Assembly (NCBI RefSeq): GCF_042660085.1
Contig: NZ_JBHSTI010000008.1
Location: 1,509,876-1,541,875, forward strand
Direction of reading: 5' to 3'
DNA: 32,000 bases
Source: Longivirga aurantiaca
GTDB lineage: Bacteria; Actinomycetota; Actinomycetes; S36-B12; CAIYMF01
Shown here: piece by piece, positions 1 through 10,464 of the stretch
Layout: each line of letters begins with the position of its first letter
How positions within the stretch are numbered: the first letter of the stretch is position 1
Translations under genes and position numbers: made by a program
The notes under the pieces: model-generated
Told to the model about the DNA's origin: nothing
What the model saw: only the letters and a program-made list of their open reading frames with translations
The model's database searches: none

Positions 1-675
<675 letters not shown>

Positions 676-718
676 CGAGCACGCCGTCGGCACCACGCCC
701 CACACACGAGGAGATCCG

Positions 719-1162
719 ATGACCGACCAGATCGCTCCCACCCGCCGCCAGGTCCTGCTGACCTCCGGCACCGTCGTCGCCGCCGCTGCGGTCACCGCCG
801 CGTGCGGCAGCAGCGACAGCGGGTCCGGATCCGGGTCCGGGTCCGGGTCCGGATCCGGGTCCTCCGCGCCGCCGGCCGGCGCGACCGTCAAGACCGCCGA
901 CGTGCCCGTCGGCGGCGGCGCGATCGTCAAGGACGCCAAGGTGGTGGTGACCCAGCCGCAGGAGGGCACCTTCAAGGCGTTCAGCGCCGTCTGCACCCAC
1001 CAGGGCTGTGTCGTGTCGTCCGTGGCCGACGGATCGATCACCTGCGCCTGCCACGGCAGCGTCTTCTCGGCTGCGGACGGCTCCGTCACCCAGGGCCCCG
1101 CGAAGAGCCCCCTCGCCGAGCTCACCGCTACCGTCTCGGGCGACACGATCACCGTCGCATGA
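719..1162 (+). CDS. Rieske (2Fe-2S) domain protein with Tat-type signal and lipobox (membrane-anchored lipoprotein)
   Basis: ATG at 719 (MTDQIAPTRRQVLLTSG...AAAVTAACGSSD) after the RBS-like gaggag. Twin-arginine TRRQ, lipobox-like VTAAC, Gly-Ser linker, Rieske ligands CTHQGC...CACHGSVF. Confidence 0.88.
   Translation: MTDQIAPTRRQVLLTSGTVVAAAAVTAACGSSDSGSGSGSGSGSGSGSSAPPAGATVKTADVPVGGGAIVKDAKVVVTQPQEGTFKAFSAVCTHQGCVVSSVADGSITCACHGSVFSAADGSVTQGPAKSPLAELTATVSGDTITVA
821..862 (+). repeat. In-frame hexanucleotide tandem repeat, 7 units of gg(g/a)tcc encoding (Gly-Ser)7
   Basis: Read directly: gggtcc ggatcc gggtcc gggtcc gggtcc ggatcc gggtcc. Confidence 0.95.
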
Positions 1163-1188
1163 CCCCTGTCCTGGAGGGCTGACCCCGC

Positions 1189-3141
1189 GTGGCCGACCCC
1201 GCGACCTACCGGCCGGCGCCGGGCGAGATCCCAGACTCGCCCGGCGTCTACCGGTTCCGCGACCAGCACGGTCGCGTCGTCTACGTCGGCAAGGCCAAGA
1301 GCCTGCGCAGCCGGCTCGGCTCGTACTTCCAGGACCTCTCCGCACTGCACGTGCGCACGCAGGCCATGGTCACCACCGCGGCCTCGGTCGACTGGGTCAC
1401 CGTCGACACCGAGGTCGAGGCCCTGCAGCTCGAGTACTCCTGGATCAAGGAGTACGACCCCCGCTTCAACGTCCGCTACCGCGACGACAAGAGCTACCCC
1501 TACCTCGCCGTCACGCTCGACGAGGAGTACCCGCGCATCACGGTCATGCGCGGGGCCAAGCGCAAGGGCGTGCGCTACTTCGGCCCCTACGCGCACGCCT
1601 GGGCGATCCGGGAATCGGTCGACCTCCTGCTCCGGGTGTTCCCGGCGCGCACCTGCAGCGCGGGCGTCTTCAAGCGGCACGGTCAGATCGGCCGGCCGTG
1701 CCTGCTCGGCTACATCGGGAAGTGCTCGGCGCCCTGCGTCGGCCGGGTGGACGCCGCCGAGCACCGCCGCATCGTCGAGGACTTCTGCTCGTTCCTCTCC
1801 GGCCAGACCACGGCGTACACCAAGCGGGTCGAGCGCGAGATGAAGGCGGCCGCAGCCGAGCTCGACTACGAGCGCGCTGCGCGCCTGCGCGACGACCTCC
1901 GCGCCCTCGAACGTGCGCTGGAGAAGAACGCCGTCGTCCTCGGCGACGGCACCGACGCCGACGTCATCGGCCTCGTCGACGACGAGCTCGAGGCCGCCGT
2001 GCAGGTGTTCCACGTGAGGGGCGGCCGCATCCGCGGTCAGCGCGGCTTCGTCGTCGAGAAGGTCGAGGACGTCACCCCTGCCGACCTCATCGAGCACCTG
2101 CTCCAGCAGCTGTACGGCGACCAGAACCCCGACGCGGTGCCGCGCGAGGTGCTCGTGCCCGAGCTGCCCCCGGACCTCGAGGCCACGACTGCCTGGCTGT
2201 CCGAGCTGCGGGGGAGCCATGTCGACCTGCGGGTGCCCCAGCGCGGAGACAAGAGGGACCTTCTGGAGACGGTCACCCGCAACGCCGGCCAGTCGCTCGC
2301 CCTGCACAAGACCCGCCGCGGCGGCGACCTCACCTCGCGCAGCCTGGCGCTCGAGGAGCTGCAGGAGGCGCTCGGGCTGCCGGAGGCGCCGTTGCGGATC
2401 GAGTGCATCGACGTCAGCCACCTGCAGGGCACCGACGTCGTCGCCTCGCTCGTGGTCTTCGAGGACGGCCTCGCCCGCAAGTCCGAGTACCGCCGGTTCG
2501 CCATCCGGGGTGCCGCGGGCGACGGGATCAGCGACGACACCCGGTCGATCGCCGAGGTCGTCACGCGCCGGTTCAAGCGCCTCGCCGAGGAGCAGGCGAT
2601 GGTCGGCGACGACGGCCTGCCCGGCATCGACCCCACGACCGGACGGCCGCGCAGGTTCGCATACCCGCCCAACCTCCTGGTGGTCGACGGCGGCCAGCCG
2701 CAGGTGGAGTCCGCGCAGGCCGCGCTCTCGGAGATCGGGGTCACCGACGTCGCGGTCGTCGGCCTCGCGAAACGGCTCGAGGAGGTCTGGGTGCCGGGCG
2801 ACCCCGACCCCGTGATCCTCCCGCGAACCAGCGAGGGCCTCTACCTCCTGCAGCGGGTGCGCGACGAGGCGCACCGATTCGCGATCACCTACCAGCGGCA
2901 GAAGCGCGGCAAGCGCATGGTCGAGTCGATCCTCGACGACGTCCCCGGGCTGGGCGAGGCGCGCAAGAAGGCGCTGCTCCGCCAGTTCACCTCGCTCAAG
3001 CGGCTGCGGGCGGCCACGGCCGACGAGCTCGCCACCGTGCCCGGCATCGGCCCGACCCTCGCCGCCGCTGTCGTCGAGGCGCTCGCGGCCGACGCCCCGG
3101 CCCCGGCCTTCAACACTGCGACCGGTGAGATCCTCGACTGA
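1189..3141 (+). CDS. uvrC: Excinuclease ABC subunit C
   Basis: 650 aa with GTG start. GIY-YIG-type N-terminus ([31 protein letters not shown]), UvrC domain [25 protein letters not shown]-terminal Hh[17 protein letters not shown] / [12 protein letters not shown]. Confidence 0.98.
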   Translation: MADPATYRPAPGEIPDSPGVYRFRDQHGRVVYVGKAKSLRSRLGSYFQDLSALHVRTQAMVTTAASVDWVTVDTEVEALQLEYSWIKEYDPRFNVRYRDDKSYPYLAVTLDEEYPRITVMRGAKRKGVRYFGPYAHAWAIRESVDLLLRVFPARTCSAGVFKRHGQIGRPCLLGYIGKCSAPCVGRVDAAEHRRIVEDFCSFLSGQTTAYTKRVEREMKAAAAELDYERAARLRDDLRALERALEKNAVVLGDGTDADVIGLVDDELEAAVQVFHVRGGRIRGQRGFVVEKVEDVTPADLIEHLLQQLYGDQNPDAVPREVLVPELPPDLEATTAWLSELRGSHVDLRVPQRGDKRDLLETVTRNAGQSLALHKTRRGGDLTSRSLALEELQEALGLPEAPLRIECIDVSHLQGTDVVASLVVFEDGLARKSEYRRFAIRGAAGDGISDDTRSIAEVVTRRFKRLAEEQAMVGDDGLPGIDPTTGRPRRFAYPPNLLVVDGGQPQVESAQAALSEIGVTDVAVVGLAKRLEEVWVPGDPDPVILPRTSEGLYLLQRVRDEAHRFAITYQRQKRGKRMVESILDDVPGLGEARKKALLRQFTSLKRLRAATADELATVPGIGPTLAAAVVEALAADAPAPAFNTATGEILD

Positions 3142-3148
3142 GCTCGGC

Positions 3149-3337
3149 TCAGCCCGTCGGCCAGTAGGACGCGCTGCCGAGCCCCTCGCCGGGGTCCGGC
3201 TCCGCACCGTCGTCGGCCCGGCGCAGGTCGTCGTGCGTGGGCTCGCTCGGCGTGGCGGGACGCATGACGAGCCACAGGACCGGGAGACCCACGAACAGGA
3301 CCAGCAGCAGAAGGAGCAGGAGGAGGCCCAGCGTCAT
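3149..3337 (-). CDS. Small single-pass membrane protein, hypothetical (62 aa)
   Basis: Internal ATG of the minus-strand ORF 3149..4039 gives MTLGLLLLLLLLVLFVGLPVLWLVMRPATPSEPTHDDLRRADDGAEPDPGEGLGSASYWPTG: a strongly hydrophobic N-terminal helix and a charged tail. It fills the gap between uvrC and rapZ. Confidence 0.55.
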   Translation of the reverse strand: MTLGLLLLLLLLVLFVGLPVLWLVMRPATPSEPTHDDLRRADDGAEPDPGEGLGSASYWPTG

Positions 3338-3458
3338 GTGCTGAGCATGACGGCCGATTCGGCGCCCGTCCCGGCAACATCGGGGCGTTCGACCGCCGTT
3401 CACCTCGAGCACGGCGCTGCTTCGTCGTTCTGCTCGTCGGCTGTGACACGCTACGTCC

Positions 3459-4325
3459 GTGGTGGATCCGGCGTTCGAGCTCGTCCTCGTGACCGGCATG
3501 TCCGGGGCCGGTCGGTCGACGGCCGCCCGGGCCCTCGAGGACCTCGGCTGGTTCGTGATCGACAACCTCCCGCCCGAGCTCCTCCCGGCCGCGGTCGACC
3601 ATGTCTCGGCGTCCCCCGACGTCCAGCGGCTCGCTGTGGTGGTGGACGTGCGGGGCGGGCGCATGTTCGACGACCTGTCCCGTGCCCTCGACGACGTCCT
3701 GGGGTCGGGCATCGACCTGCGCGTGCTGTTCCTCGAGGCCGGCGACAACGAGCTCGTCCGGAGGTTCGAGAGCAGCCGGCGTCCGCACCCGCTGCAGGGC
3801 TCCGCTGGGATCCTCGACAGCCTCGTCCGGGAGCGGGCCACCCTCGGCGACCTGCGCGCCCGTGCCGACCTCGTCATCGACACGAGCTCGCTCAACGTGC
3901 ACGACCTGCGCCGCAAGGTCGACGCGGCGTTCGGCGAGGACGACCGCGTGCAGCTGCGCGCCACAGTGATGTCGTTCGGCTTCAAGTACGGCCTGCCGTT
4001 GGACGCCGACATCGTCAACGACGTGCGGTTCCTGCCCAACCCGTTCTGGGTTCCCGAGCTGCGCGAGCTGTCGGGCCTCGACGCCGAGGTCAGCGACTAC
4101 GTGACCGAGCTTCCCGAGGCGCGCGAGTTCCTCGACCGGATGGCCGGGATGCTCGATCTCGTCTCGGACGGCTACCTGCGCGAGGGCAAGCGCTACGTCA
4201 CCGTCGCCATCGGCTGCACCGGGGGCAAGCACCGCAGCGTGGCCATGGCGGAGAACCTCGCCGCGCGCCTGGTGAAGGTCGGTGTGGAGGTCCTCGTCGT
4301 CCATCGCGACCTGGGCAGGGAGTGA
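3459..4325 (+). CDS. rapZ: RNase adapter / nucleotide-binding protein RapZ (YvcJ family)
   Basis: P-loop VTGMSGAGRSTAARALEDLGWFVIDNLPPELLP; C-terminal VTVAIGCTGGKHRSVAMAENLAARL. Confidence 0.95.
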   Translation: MVDPAFELVLVTGMSGAGRSTAARALEDLGWFVIDNLPPELLPAAVDHVSASPDVQRLAVVVDVRGGRMFDDLSRALDDVLGSGIDLRVLFLEAGDNELVRRFESSRRPHPLQGSAGILDSLVRERATLGDLRARADLVIDTSSLNVHDLRRKVDAAFGEDDRVQLRATVMSFGFKYGLPLDADIVNDVRFLPNPFWVPELRELSGLDAEVSDYVTELPEAREFLDRMAGMLDLVSDGYLREGKRYVTVAIGCTGGKHRSVAMAENLAARLVKVGVEVLVVHRDLGRE

Positions 4326-5308
4326 GCACGCCCCTCACCGGGCCGACGGGTCGGCGCGGTCCCAACTCGTCCGGTCCGCGCGTGGTGGCGCTCGGCGGAG
4401 GGCACGGCCTCGCCGCCAGCCTCCGGGCGCTGCGACGGGTCACCGACGACGTGACCGCCGTGGTCGCCGTGTCGGACGACGGAGGATCGAGCGGTCGGCT
4501 GCGCGACGAGTTCGACGTCGTGCCGCCGGGCGACCTGCGGATGGCGCTCGCCGCTCTCTGCGGCGACGACACGTGGGGCCGCACCTGGAGCCGCGTGGTG
4601 CAGCACCGCTTCGCCGGCGACGGCCAGCTCGCCGGTCACTCGCTCGGCAACCTCCTGATCACCGCGCTCTGGGAGGAGACCGGCGACATCGTCACCGGTC
4701 TCGACTGGGTCGGGGCGCTGCTCGGGGCCCACGGACGCGTCCTGCCCGTGGCGACCGTGCCGCTCGAGGTGGTCGCCGACGTCGCCGGCCTGCACCCCGA
4801 GGACCCGTCCGTGCTCGAGCGCGTGGTGGGGCAGGTCTCGGTCGCGACCACCCGCGGCGAGGTCGTGCGGCTCCGGCTGGAGCCCAGGGACGCCCCCGCC
4901 TGCCCGGAGGCGGTCGAGGCCATCGGGCTCGCAGACGCCGTGCTGCTGGGCCCTGGGTCGTGGTTCACGAGCGTCCTCGCGCCCCTGCAGGTGCGCGGCA
5001 TCGGGCAGGCGGTGAGCGAGGCGCCCGGCCGGGTGGTCGTCATCCTCAACCTCGAGGCGCAGGCGGGGGAGACCGACGGCTTCAGCCCGCAGCGCCATCT
5101 CGAGGTGCTGTCGCGTCAGATGCCCTCGCTCCGCGTCGACACCGTCCTCGCCGACCCCGAGCACGTGGCCGACGTCGAGGCCCTCGCCACGGCCGCCCGG
5201 GCGCTCGGCGCACGGCTGGCGCTCGCCCCGGTGGCGGCACGTGACGGGTCGGCCCGGCACGATGTCGACCTGCTCGCCTCCGCTCTCGGCGGCGTCCTGC
5301 GGCCCTGA
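4322..5308 (+). CDS. yvcK: Gluconeogenesis factor / YvcK (CofD-like) family protein
   Basis: GTG start at 4322 overlaps the rapZ stop. VVALGGGHGLAASLRALR, AVVAVSDDGGSSGRLR, PPGDLRMALAAL, ADAVLLGPGSWFTSVLAPL. Sits in the conserved rapZ-yvcK-whiA order. Confidence 0.94.
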   Translation: MSTPLTGPTGRRGPNSSGPRVVALGGGHGLAASLRALRRVTDDVTAVVAVSDDGGSSGRLRDEFDVVPPGDLRMALAALCGDDTWGRTWSRVVQHRFAGDGQLAGHSLGNLLITALWEETGDIVTGLDWVGALLGAHGRVLPVATVPLEVVADVAGLHPEDPSVLERVVGQVSVATTRGEVVRLRLEPRDAPACPEAVEAIGLADAVLLGPGSWFTSVLAPLQVRGIGQAVSEAPGRVVVILNLEAQAGETDGFSPQRHLEVLSRQMPSLRVDTVLADPEHVADVEALATAARALGARLALAPVAARDGSARHDVDLLASALGGVLRP

Positions 5309-5374
5309 CGCGGCCGTTTCTCCGACGTTTCCGCATCGGGGGCGACGAGCGAGGTCGTTGACGCGGGTGGCAGG

Positions 5375-6367
5375 ATGCCCGCCATGGCGATGACGGCAGC
5401 GGTGAAGGACGAGCTCGCGCGTCTGAAGGTGACCAAGCCCTGCTGCCGCAAGGCCGAGGTCTCGTCGATCCTGCGGTTCGCGTCGGGCCTGCACATCGTC
5501 GGCGGCAGGATCGTCATCGAGGCAGATCTCGACACCGCCATCGCGGCCCGTCGGCTGCGCAAGGACATCAGCGAGGTCTTCGGCCACACGAGCGAGATGG
5601 CCGTGATCCACCCCGGCGGCCTGCGCAAGGGCAACCGCTACCTCGTGCGCGTGCACGCGGACGGCGAGCAGCTCGCCCGCCAGACCGGGCTCGTCGACGC
5701 CAGCGGCCGACCTGCCCGAGGACTGCCCACCTCGATCGTCAACGGGTCGCTCTGCGACTCCGAGGCGGCCTGGCGCGGCGCCTTCCTGGCGCACGGCTCG
5801 CTCACCGAGCCCGGACGGTCCTCGGCCCTCGAGGTCACGTGCCCCGGCCCGGAGGCGGCGCTCGCCCTGTCCGGAGCCGCCCGGCGTCTCGGCATCTCGG
5901 CGAAGCCGCGCGAGGTGCGCGGGGTCGACCGCGTGGTGATCCGCGACGGCGACGCCATCGCCGCCCTGCTGACCCGGCTCGGTGCGCACGAGTCGGTGCT
6001 GGCCTGGGAGGAGCGGCGCATGCGGCGCGAGGTCCGCGCCACCGCCAACCGCCTCGCCAACTTCGACGACGCCAACCTGCGCCGGTCGGCCCGGGCCGCG
6101 GTCGCCGCCGGCGCCCGGGTGCAGCGCGCGCTGGAGATCCTGGCCGAGGAGGTGCCCGACCACCTGGCCGACGCCGGCAAGCTCCGGATGGAGCACCAGC
6201 AGGCCTCGCTCGAGGAGCTCGGCGCCCTGGCCGACCCGCCGATGACCAAGGACGCCATCGCGGGCCGCATCCGCCGCCTCCTGGCGCTCGCCGACAAGCG
6301 CGCCCAGGAGCTCGGCATCCCGGACACCGAGGCGGGCATCCCTGCCGACCTGGTGGACGCCGACTAG
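5375..6367 (+). CDS. whiA: DNA-binding protein WhiA (sporulation / cell-division regulator family); true start could be 5384 or 5390
   Basis: [54 protein letters not shown]-type region ([20 protein letters not shown]), C-terminal [29 protein letters not shown]. Confidence 0.95.
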   Translation: MPAMAMTAAVKDELARLKVTKPCCRKAEVSSILRFASGLHIVGGRIVIEADLDTAIAARRLRKDISEVFGHTSEMAVIHPGGLRKGNRYLVRVHADGEQLARQTGLVDASGRPARGLPTSIVNGSLCDSEAAWRGAFLAHGSLTEPGRSSALEVTCPGPEAALALSGAARRLGISAKPREVRGVDRVVIRDGDAIAALLTRLGAHESVLAWEERRMRREVRATANRLANFDDANLRRSARAAVAAGARVQRALEILAEEVPDHLADAGKLRMEHQQASLEELGALADPPMTKDAIAGRIRRLLALADKRAQELGIPDTEAGIPADLVDAD

Positions 6368-6396
6368 GTCCCCGGGTTAGGTCCGCCTTGCGTGAC

Positions 6397-6443
6397 GGGC
6401 GCCCTACCCGCGGGTAGTGGGAGCGCCCGCAACCGCTTGCGGG
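6397..6443 (+). promoter_or_regulatory. Stacked inverted repeats in the whiA-gap intergenic region (operator, attenuator or terminator; role unknown)
   Basis: Perfect 14-nt palindrome ctacccgcgggtag (6404-6417) flanked by gggcgc (6397-6402) / gcgccc (6423-6428), followed immediately by cccgcaa-ccgc-ttgcggg (6426-6443). Confidence 0.5.
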
Positions 6444-6487
6444 ATTCGGATAGGGTCGCTTTAGCCACGTGGGCACGAACCCCGTAG

Positions 6488-7555
<1,068 letters not shown>

Positions 7556-7572
7556 CCAGCGGGACTGACCAC

Positions 7573-8775
7573 ATGAAGACGATCGACGACCTCGACGTCG
7601 CCGGTCGCCGGGTCCTCGTGCGGACGGACTTCAACGTCCCGCTCGAGGACGCCGGCGACGGCACCCGTCGCATCACGGACGACGGCCGTATCCGTGCGGC
7701 CCTCCCGACCATCGAGGCCCTGCGCGGCCGCGGTGCGCGGGTCGTCCTCGTCGCCCACCTCGGTCGCCCGAAGGGGGAGGCCAAGCCCGAGCTGTCGCTC
7801 GCGCCGGTGGCCGCCCGCCTCGGCGAGCTGCTGGGCACCCCGGTGGCGTTCGCCACCGACGTCACCGGCCCGTCGGCGCAGGCTGCCGTGGCCGGTCTCG
7901 GCGACGGCGACGTCGCCCTGCTCGAGAACGTGCGGTACGACGCCCGCGAGACCAGCAAGGACTCCGCCGAGCGCGGCGCCCTCGCGGCCGAGCTGGCATC
8001 GCTCGCCGACGTCTTCGTGAGCGAGGGCTTCGGCGTCGTGCACCGCGAGCAGGCGAGCGTCACCGACGTCGCGCGGCTGCTGCCGCACGCCGCCGGCCAG
8101 CTCGTGCTGTCCGAGGTGCAGGTGTTCCGCAAGGTCCTCGGCGACCCCGACCGGCCGTACGCCGTCGTCCTCGGCGGCTCGAAGGTCAGCGACAAGCTGG
8201 GGGTCATCAACAACCTCCTGCAGTCGGTCGACCGACTGCTCGTCGGCGGCGGCATGTGCTTCACGTTCCTGGCCGCCGAGGGGCACGGCGTCGGATCGTC
8301 GCTGCTCGAGGCCGACCAGATCGAGACCGTGAAGGGCCTCATCGCGACGGCCGAGGAGAAGGGCGTCGAGCTGGTCCTGCCGGTCGACGTCGTCGTGGCC
8401 ACCGCGTTCTCGGCTGACGCCGAGCACAAGGTCGTCGCGGTCGACTCGATCGAGGACGGCTGGATGGGCCTCGACATCGGACCCAACAGCCGGGTGCTCT
8501 TCGCCCGTGCGTTGTCCGACGCCCGCACGGTGGTCTGGAACGGGCCCATGGGCGTGTTCGAGATGGCTCCGTACGCCGAGGGCACCCGCGCGGTGGCCGA
8601 GGCGATCACCCACGTCGACGGGCTCTCTGTCGTCGGAGGTGGCGACTCCGCCGCCGCCGTACGGCTGCTGGGCATCGACGAGTCCGGCTTCTCGCACATC
8701 TCCACGGGTGGAGGTGCGTCCCTGGAGTTCCTCGAGGGCCGCGTCCTGCCCGGCATCGCGGTCCTGGAGGACTGA
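7573..8775 (+). CDS. pgk: Phosphoglycerate kinase
   Basis: [83 protein letters not shown]. Confidence 0.98.
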   Translation: MKTIDDLDVAGRRVLVRTDFNVPLEDAGDGTRRITDDGRIRAALPTIEALRGRGARVVLVAHLGRPKGEAKPELSLAPVAARLGELLGTPVAFATDVTGPSAQAAVAGLGDGDVALLENVRYDARETSKDSAERGALAAELASLADVFVSEGFGVVHREQASVTDVARLLPHAAGQLVLSEVQVFRKVLGDPDRPYAVVLGGSKVSDKLGVINNLLQSVDRLLVGGGMCFTFLAAEGHGVGSSLLEADQIETVKGLIATAEEKGVELVLPVDVVVATAFSADAEHKVVAVDSIEDGWMGLDIGPNSRVLFARALSDARTVVWNGPMGVFEMAPYAEGTRAVAEAITHVDGLSVVGGGDSAAAVRLLGIDESGFSHISTGGGASLEFLEGRVLPGIAVLED

Positions 8776-8778
8776 ACT

Positions 8779-9573
8779 GTGGCTTCGAGCCGACTCCCGC
8801 TCATGGCGGGCAACTGGAAGATGAACCTCAACCACCTCGAGGCGATCGCGACGGTGCAGAAGCTCGGCTTCTCGCTGACCGACGAGGACCTCGCGGCGTG
8901 CGAGGTGGCCGTGCTGCCGCCGTTCACCGACATCCGCTCGGTGCAGACGCTGGTCGACGGCGACAAGCTCGACATCAGGTACGGCGCGCAGGACCTCAGC
9001 ACGGCGGACAAGGGTGCGTACACCGGCGAGATCAGCGGCGCGATGCTGGCCAAGCTCGGCTGCACCTACGTCGTGGTCGGCCACAGCGAGCGTCGCGAGA
9101 TGCACGCGGAGACCGACGCCGTCGTGTCGGCCAAGGCCCAGGCGGCGTACCGCCACGGCCTCGTGCCGATCGTCTGCGTCGGCGAGGGCCTCGAGGTGCG
9201 GCAGGCCGGTAACCAGGTCGAGCACACCCTCGCGCAGATCGACGGCTCGCTCGCGGGCATCACGGCCGCCCAGGCCGAGACCGTCGTCATCGCCTACGAG
9301 CCCGTCTGGGCCATCGGCACCGGCGAGGTCGCCACCCCGGCCGACGCGCAGGAGGTCTGCGGAGCCATCCGTGGCCGCCTCGCGGAGCTGTACTCGCCCG
9401 AGCTCGCGGACAAGGTGCGCGTGCTCTACGGCGGCTCGGTCAAGGCCAGCAACGTGGCGGCGATCATGTCCGAGCCCGACGTCGACGGCGCCCTCATCGG
9501 GGGTGCCAGCCTCGACCCCGACGAGTTCGTGGCGATTGCCCGCTTCCGCCTGCACCCGGCCGACGCGTCCTGA
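8779..9573 (+). CDS. tpiA: Triosephosphate isomerase
   Basis: [74 protein letters not shown]. Confidence 0.98.
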   Translation: MASSRLPLMAGNWKMNLNHLEAIATVQKLGFSLTDEDLAACEVAVLPPFTDIRSVQTLVDGDKLDIRYGAQDLSTADKGAYTGEISGAMLAKLGCTYVVVGHSERREMHAETDAVVSAKAQAAYRHGLVPIVCVGEGLEVRQAGNQVEHTLAQIDGSLAGITAAQAETVVIAYEPVWAIGTGEVATPADAQEVCGAIRGRLAELYSPELADKVRVLYGGSVKASNVAAIMSEPDVDGALIGGASLDPDEFVAIARFRLHPADAS

Positions 9574-9579
9574 TCGAAC

Positions 9580-9628
9580 CGGACCCCGGGAAGACCGAGC
9601 GAGCCTCGTTCCGGTTTCCCGGGGTCCG
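9580..9628 (+). terminator. Terminator-like stem-loop after tpiA
   Basis: Perfect 13-bp stem cggaccccgggaa (9580-9592) / ttcccggggtccg (9616-9628) with a 23-nt loop. No strong T-tract. Confidence 0.55.
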
Positions 9629-9689
9629 TCACGTATCCTGATGCGACCGCGCCGCCCGGCACGGTCCCGAGGGGAGCACCCGCAGCGCC

Positions 9690-9929
9690 ATGGTCCTGTT
9701 CTTCCAGATCCTCATCATGATCAACAGCGTCCTGCTGATCGCCCTCGTGCTGCTGCACAAGGGCAAGGGCGGCGGCCTCTCCGACATGTTCGGCGGCGGC
9801 ATCTCGTCCTCCCTCGGCGGCTCGAGCGCCGCGGAGCGCAACCTCGACCGCATCACGATCGGCCTCGGCGTCCTCTGGGCCGCGCTCGTGGTCGGCCTGG
9901 GCCTGCTGCTCAAGGGCACCATCGTCTGA
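9690..9929 (+). CDS. secG: Preprotein translocase subunit SecG
   Basis: 79 aa, MVLFFQILIMINSVLLIALVLLHKGKGGGLSDMFGGG...: two TM segments and a SecG-type GKGGGLSDMFGGG loop, following tpiA. Confidence 0.94.
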   Translation: MVLFFQILIMINSVLLIALVLLHKGKGGGLSDMFGGGISSSLGGSSAAERNLDRITIGLGVLWAALVVGLGLLLKGTIV

Positions 9930-9987
9930 TCCGGGCCGCGAGGCCCGCCATCCGTACGTCCGCACGACCGAACGAGAGGCTCGATCA

Positions 9988-10320
9988 GTGGCCAGTGGCA
10001 GCGCGATCCGCGGAAGCCGTGTCGGCGCCGGACCCATGGGCGAGGCCGAGCGCGGCGACGCCGCGCCGCGTCAGCGCATCACCTTCTGGTGCGCCAACGG
10101 GCACGAGACCAAGCCGAGCTTCGCCTCCGACGCCGCCGTCCCCGAGACCTGGGACTGCCCGCGCTGCGGCCTCCCGGCCGGCCCGGACAAGGACAACCCG
10201 CCGGCCGCACCGAAGATCGAGCCCTACAAGACGCACCTCGCGTACGTGAAGGAGCGCCGCTCGGACGCCGACGGCGAGGCGATCCTCAACGAGGCCCTCG
10301 CCAAGCTCCGCGACGCCTGA
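9988..10320 (+). CDS. rbpA: RNA polymerase-binding protein RbpA
   Basis: GTG start; MASGSAIRGSRVGAGPMGEAERG...RITFWCANGHETKPSFASDAAVPETWDCPRCGLPAG...PYKTHLAYVKERRSDADGEAILNEAL. Confidence 0.94.
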   Translation: MASGSAIRGSRVGAGPMGEAERGDAAPRQRITFWCANGHETKPSFASDAAVPETWDCPRCGLPAGPDKDNPPAAPKIEPYKTHLAYVKERRSDADGEAILNEALAKLRDA

Positions 10321-10334
10321 GCACCACAGCCAGC

Positions 10335-10370
10335 ACGAAGGCCCGGATCCACAAGGATCCGGGCCTTCGT
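10335..10370. terminator. Strong hairpin between convergent rbpA and pgl (likely bidirectional terminator)
   Basis: Perfect 16-bp stem acgaaggcccggatcc (10335-10350), loop acaa, ggatccgggccttcgt (10355-10370). Confidence 0.88.
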
Positions 10371-10385
10371 CGTGCGGGGAGGGCT

Positions 10386-10447
10386 CGAGTTACTGCCCAC
10401 ATGGACGCTGAGAAGTGTCGCTCAACGACGATTTGGGCAGTAACTCG
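10386..10447. repeat. 62-nt element bounded by perfect 14-bp inverted repeats (cgagttactgccca ... tgggcagtaactcg)
   Basis: Left arm 10386-10399 and right arm 10434-10447 are exact reverse complements separated by 34 nt. AT-richer than its surroundings and lies outside any assigned gene. Confidence 0.8.
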
Positions 10448-10464
10448 CGGAATGCGCGAGGGGG

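Noticed and set aside
821-862. Possible engineered GS linker or cloning scar with BamHI-like ggatcc sites
   Set aside because: The surrounding signal peptide, linker and Rieske domain are continuous and native-looking, with no vector sequence. Best explained as a natural hexamer repeat.
1008-3128. 706-aa plus-strand ORF overlapping uvrC
   Set aside because: Arg/Pro/Ala-rich shadow frame of uvrC with no recognisable motif; expected from high GC content.
2889-4304. 471-aa minus-strand ORF across uvrC, the gap and rapZ
   Set aside because: Antisense to well-supported genes, low-complexity His/Gly/Val composition, no domain features.
4193-6196. 667-aa minus-strand ORF opposite yvcK and whiA
   Set aside because: Antisense shadow ORF. 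Both plus-strand genes have clear family motifs.
6438-6456. ttgcgg ... tagggt as a -35/-10 promoter pair for gap
   Set aside because: The spacing is only 8 nt, incompatible with a normal sigma-70-type promoter, and the first box is already part of a hairpin arm.
10335-10370. Possible transposon inverted repeat
   Set aside because: 4-nt loop, perfect 16-bp GC-rich stem and position between convergent stop codons make it a standard terminator.
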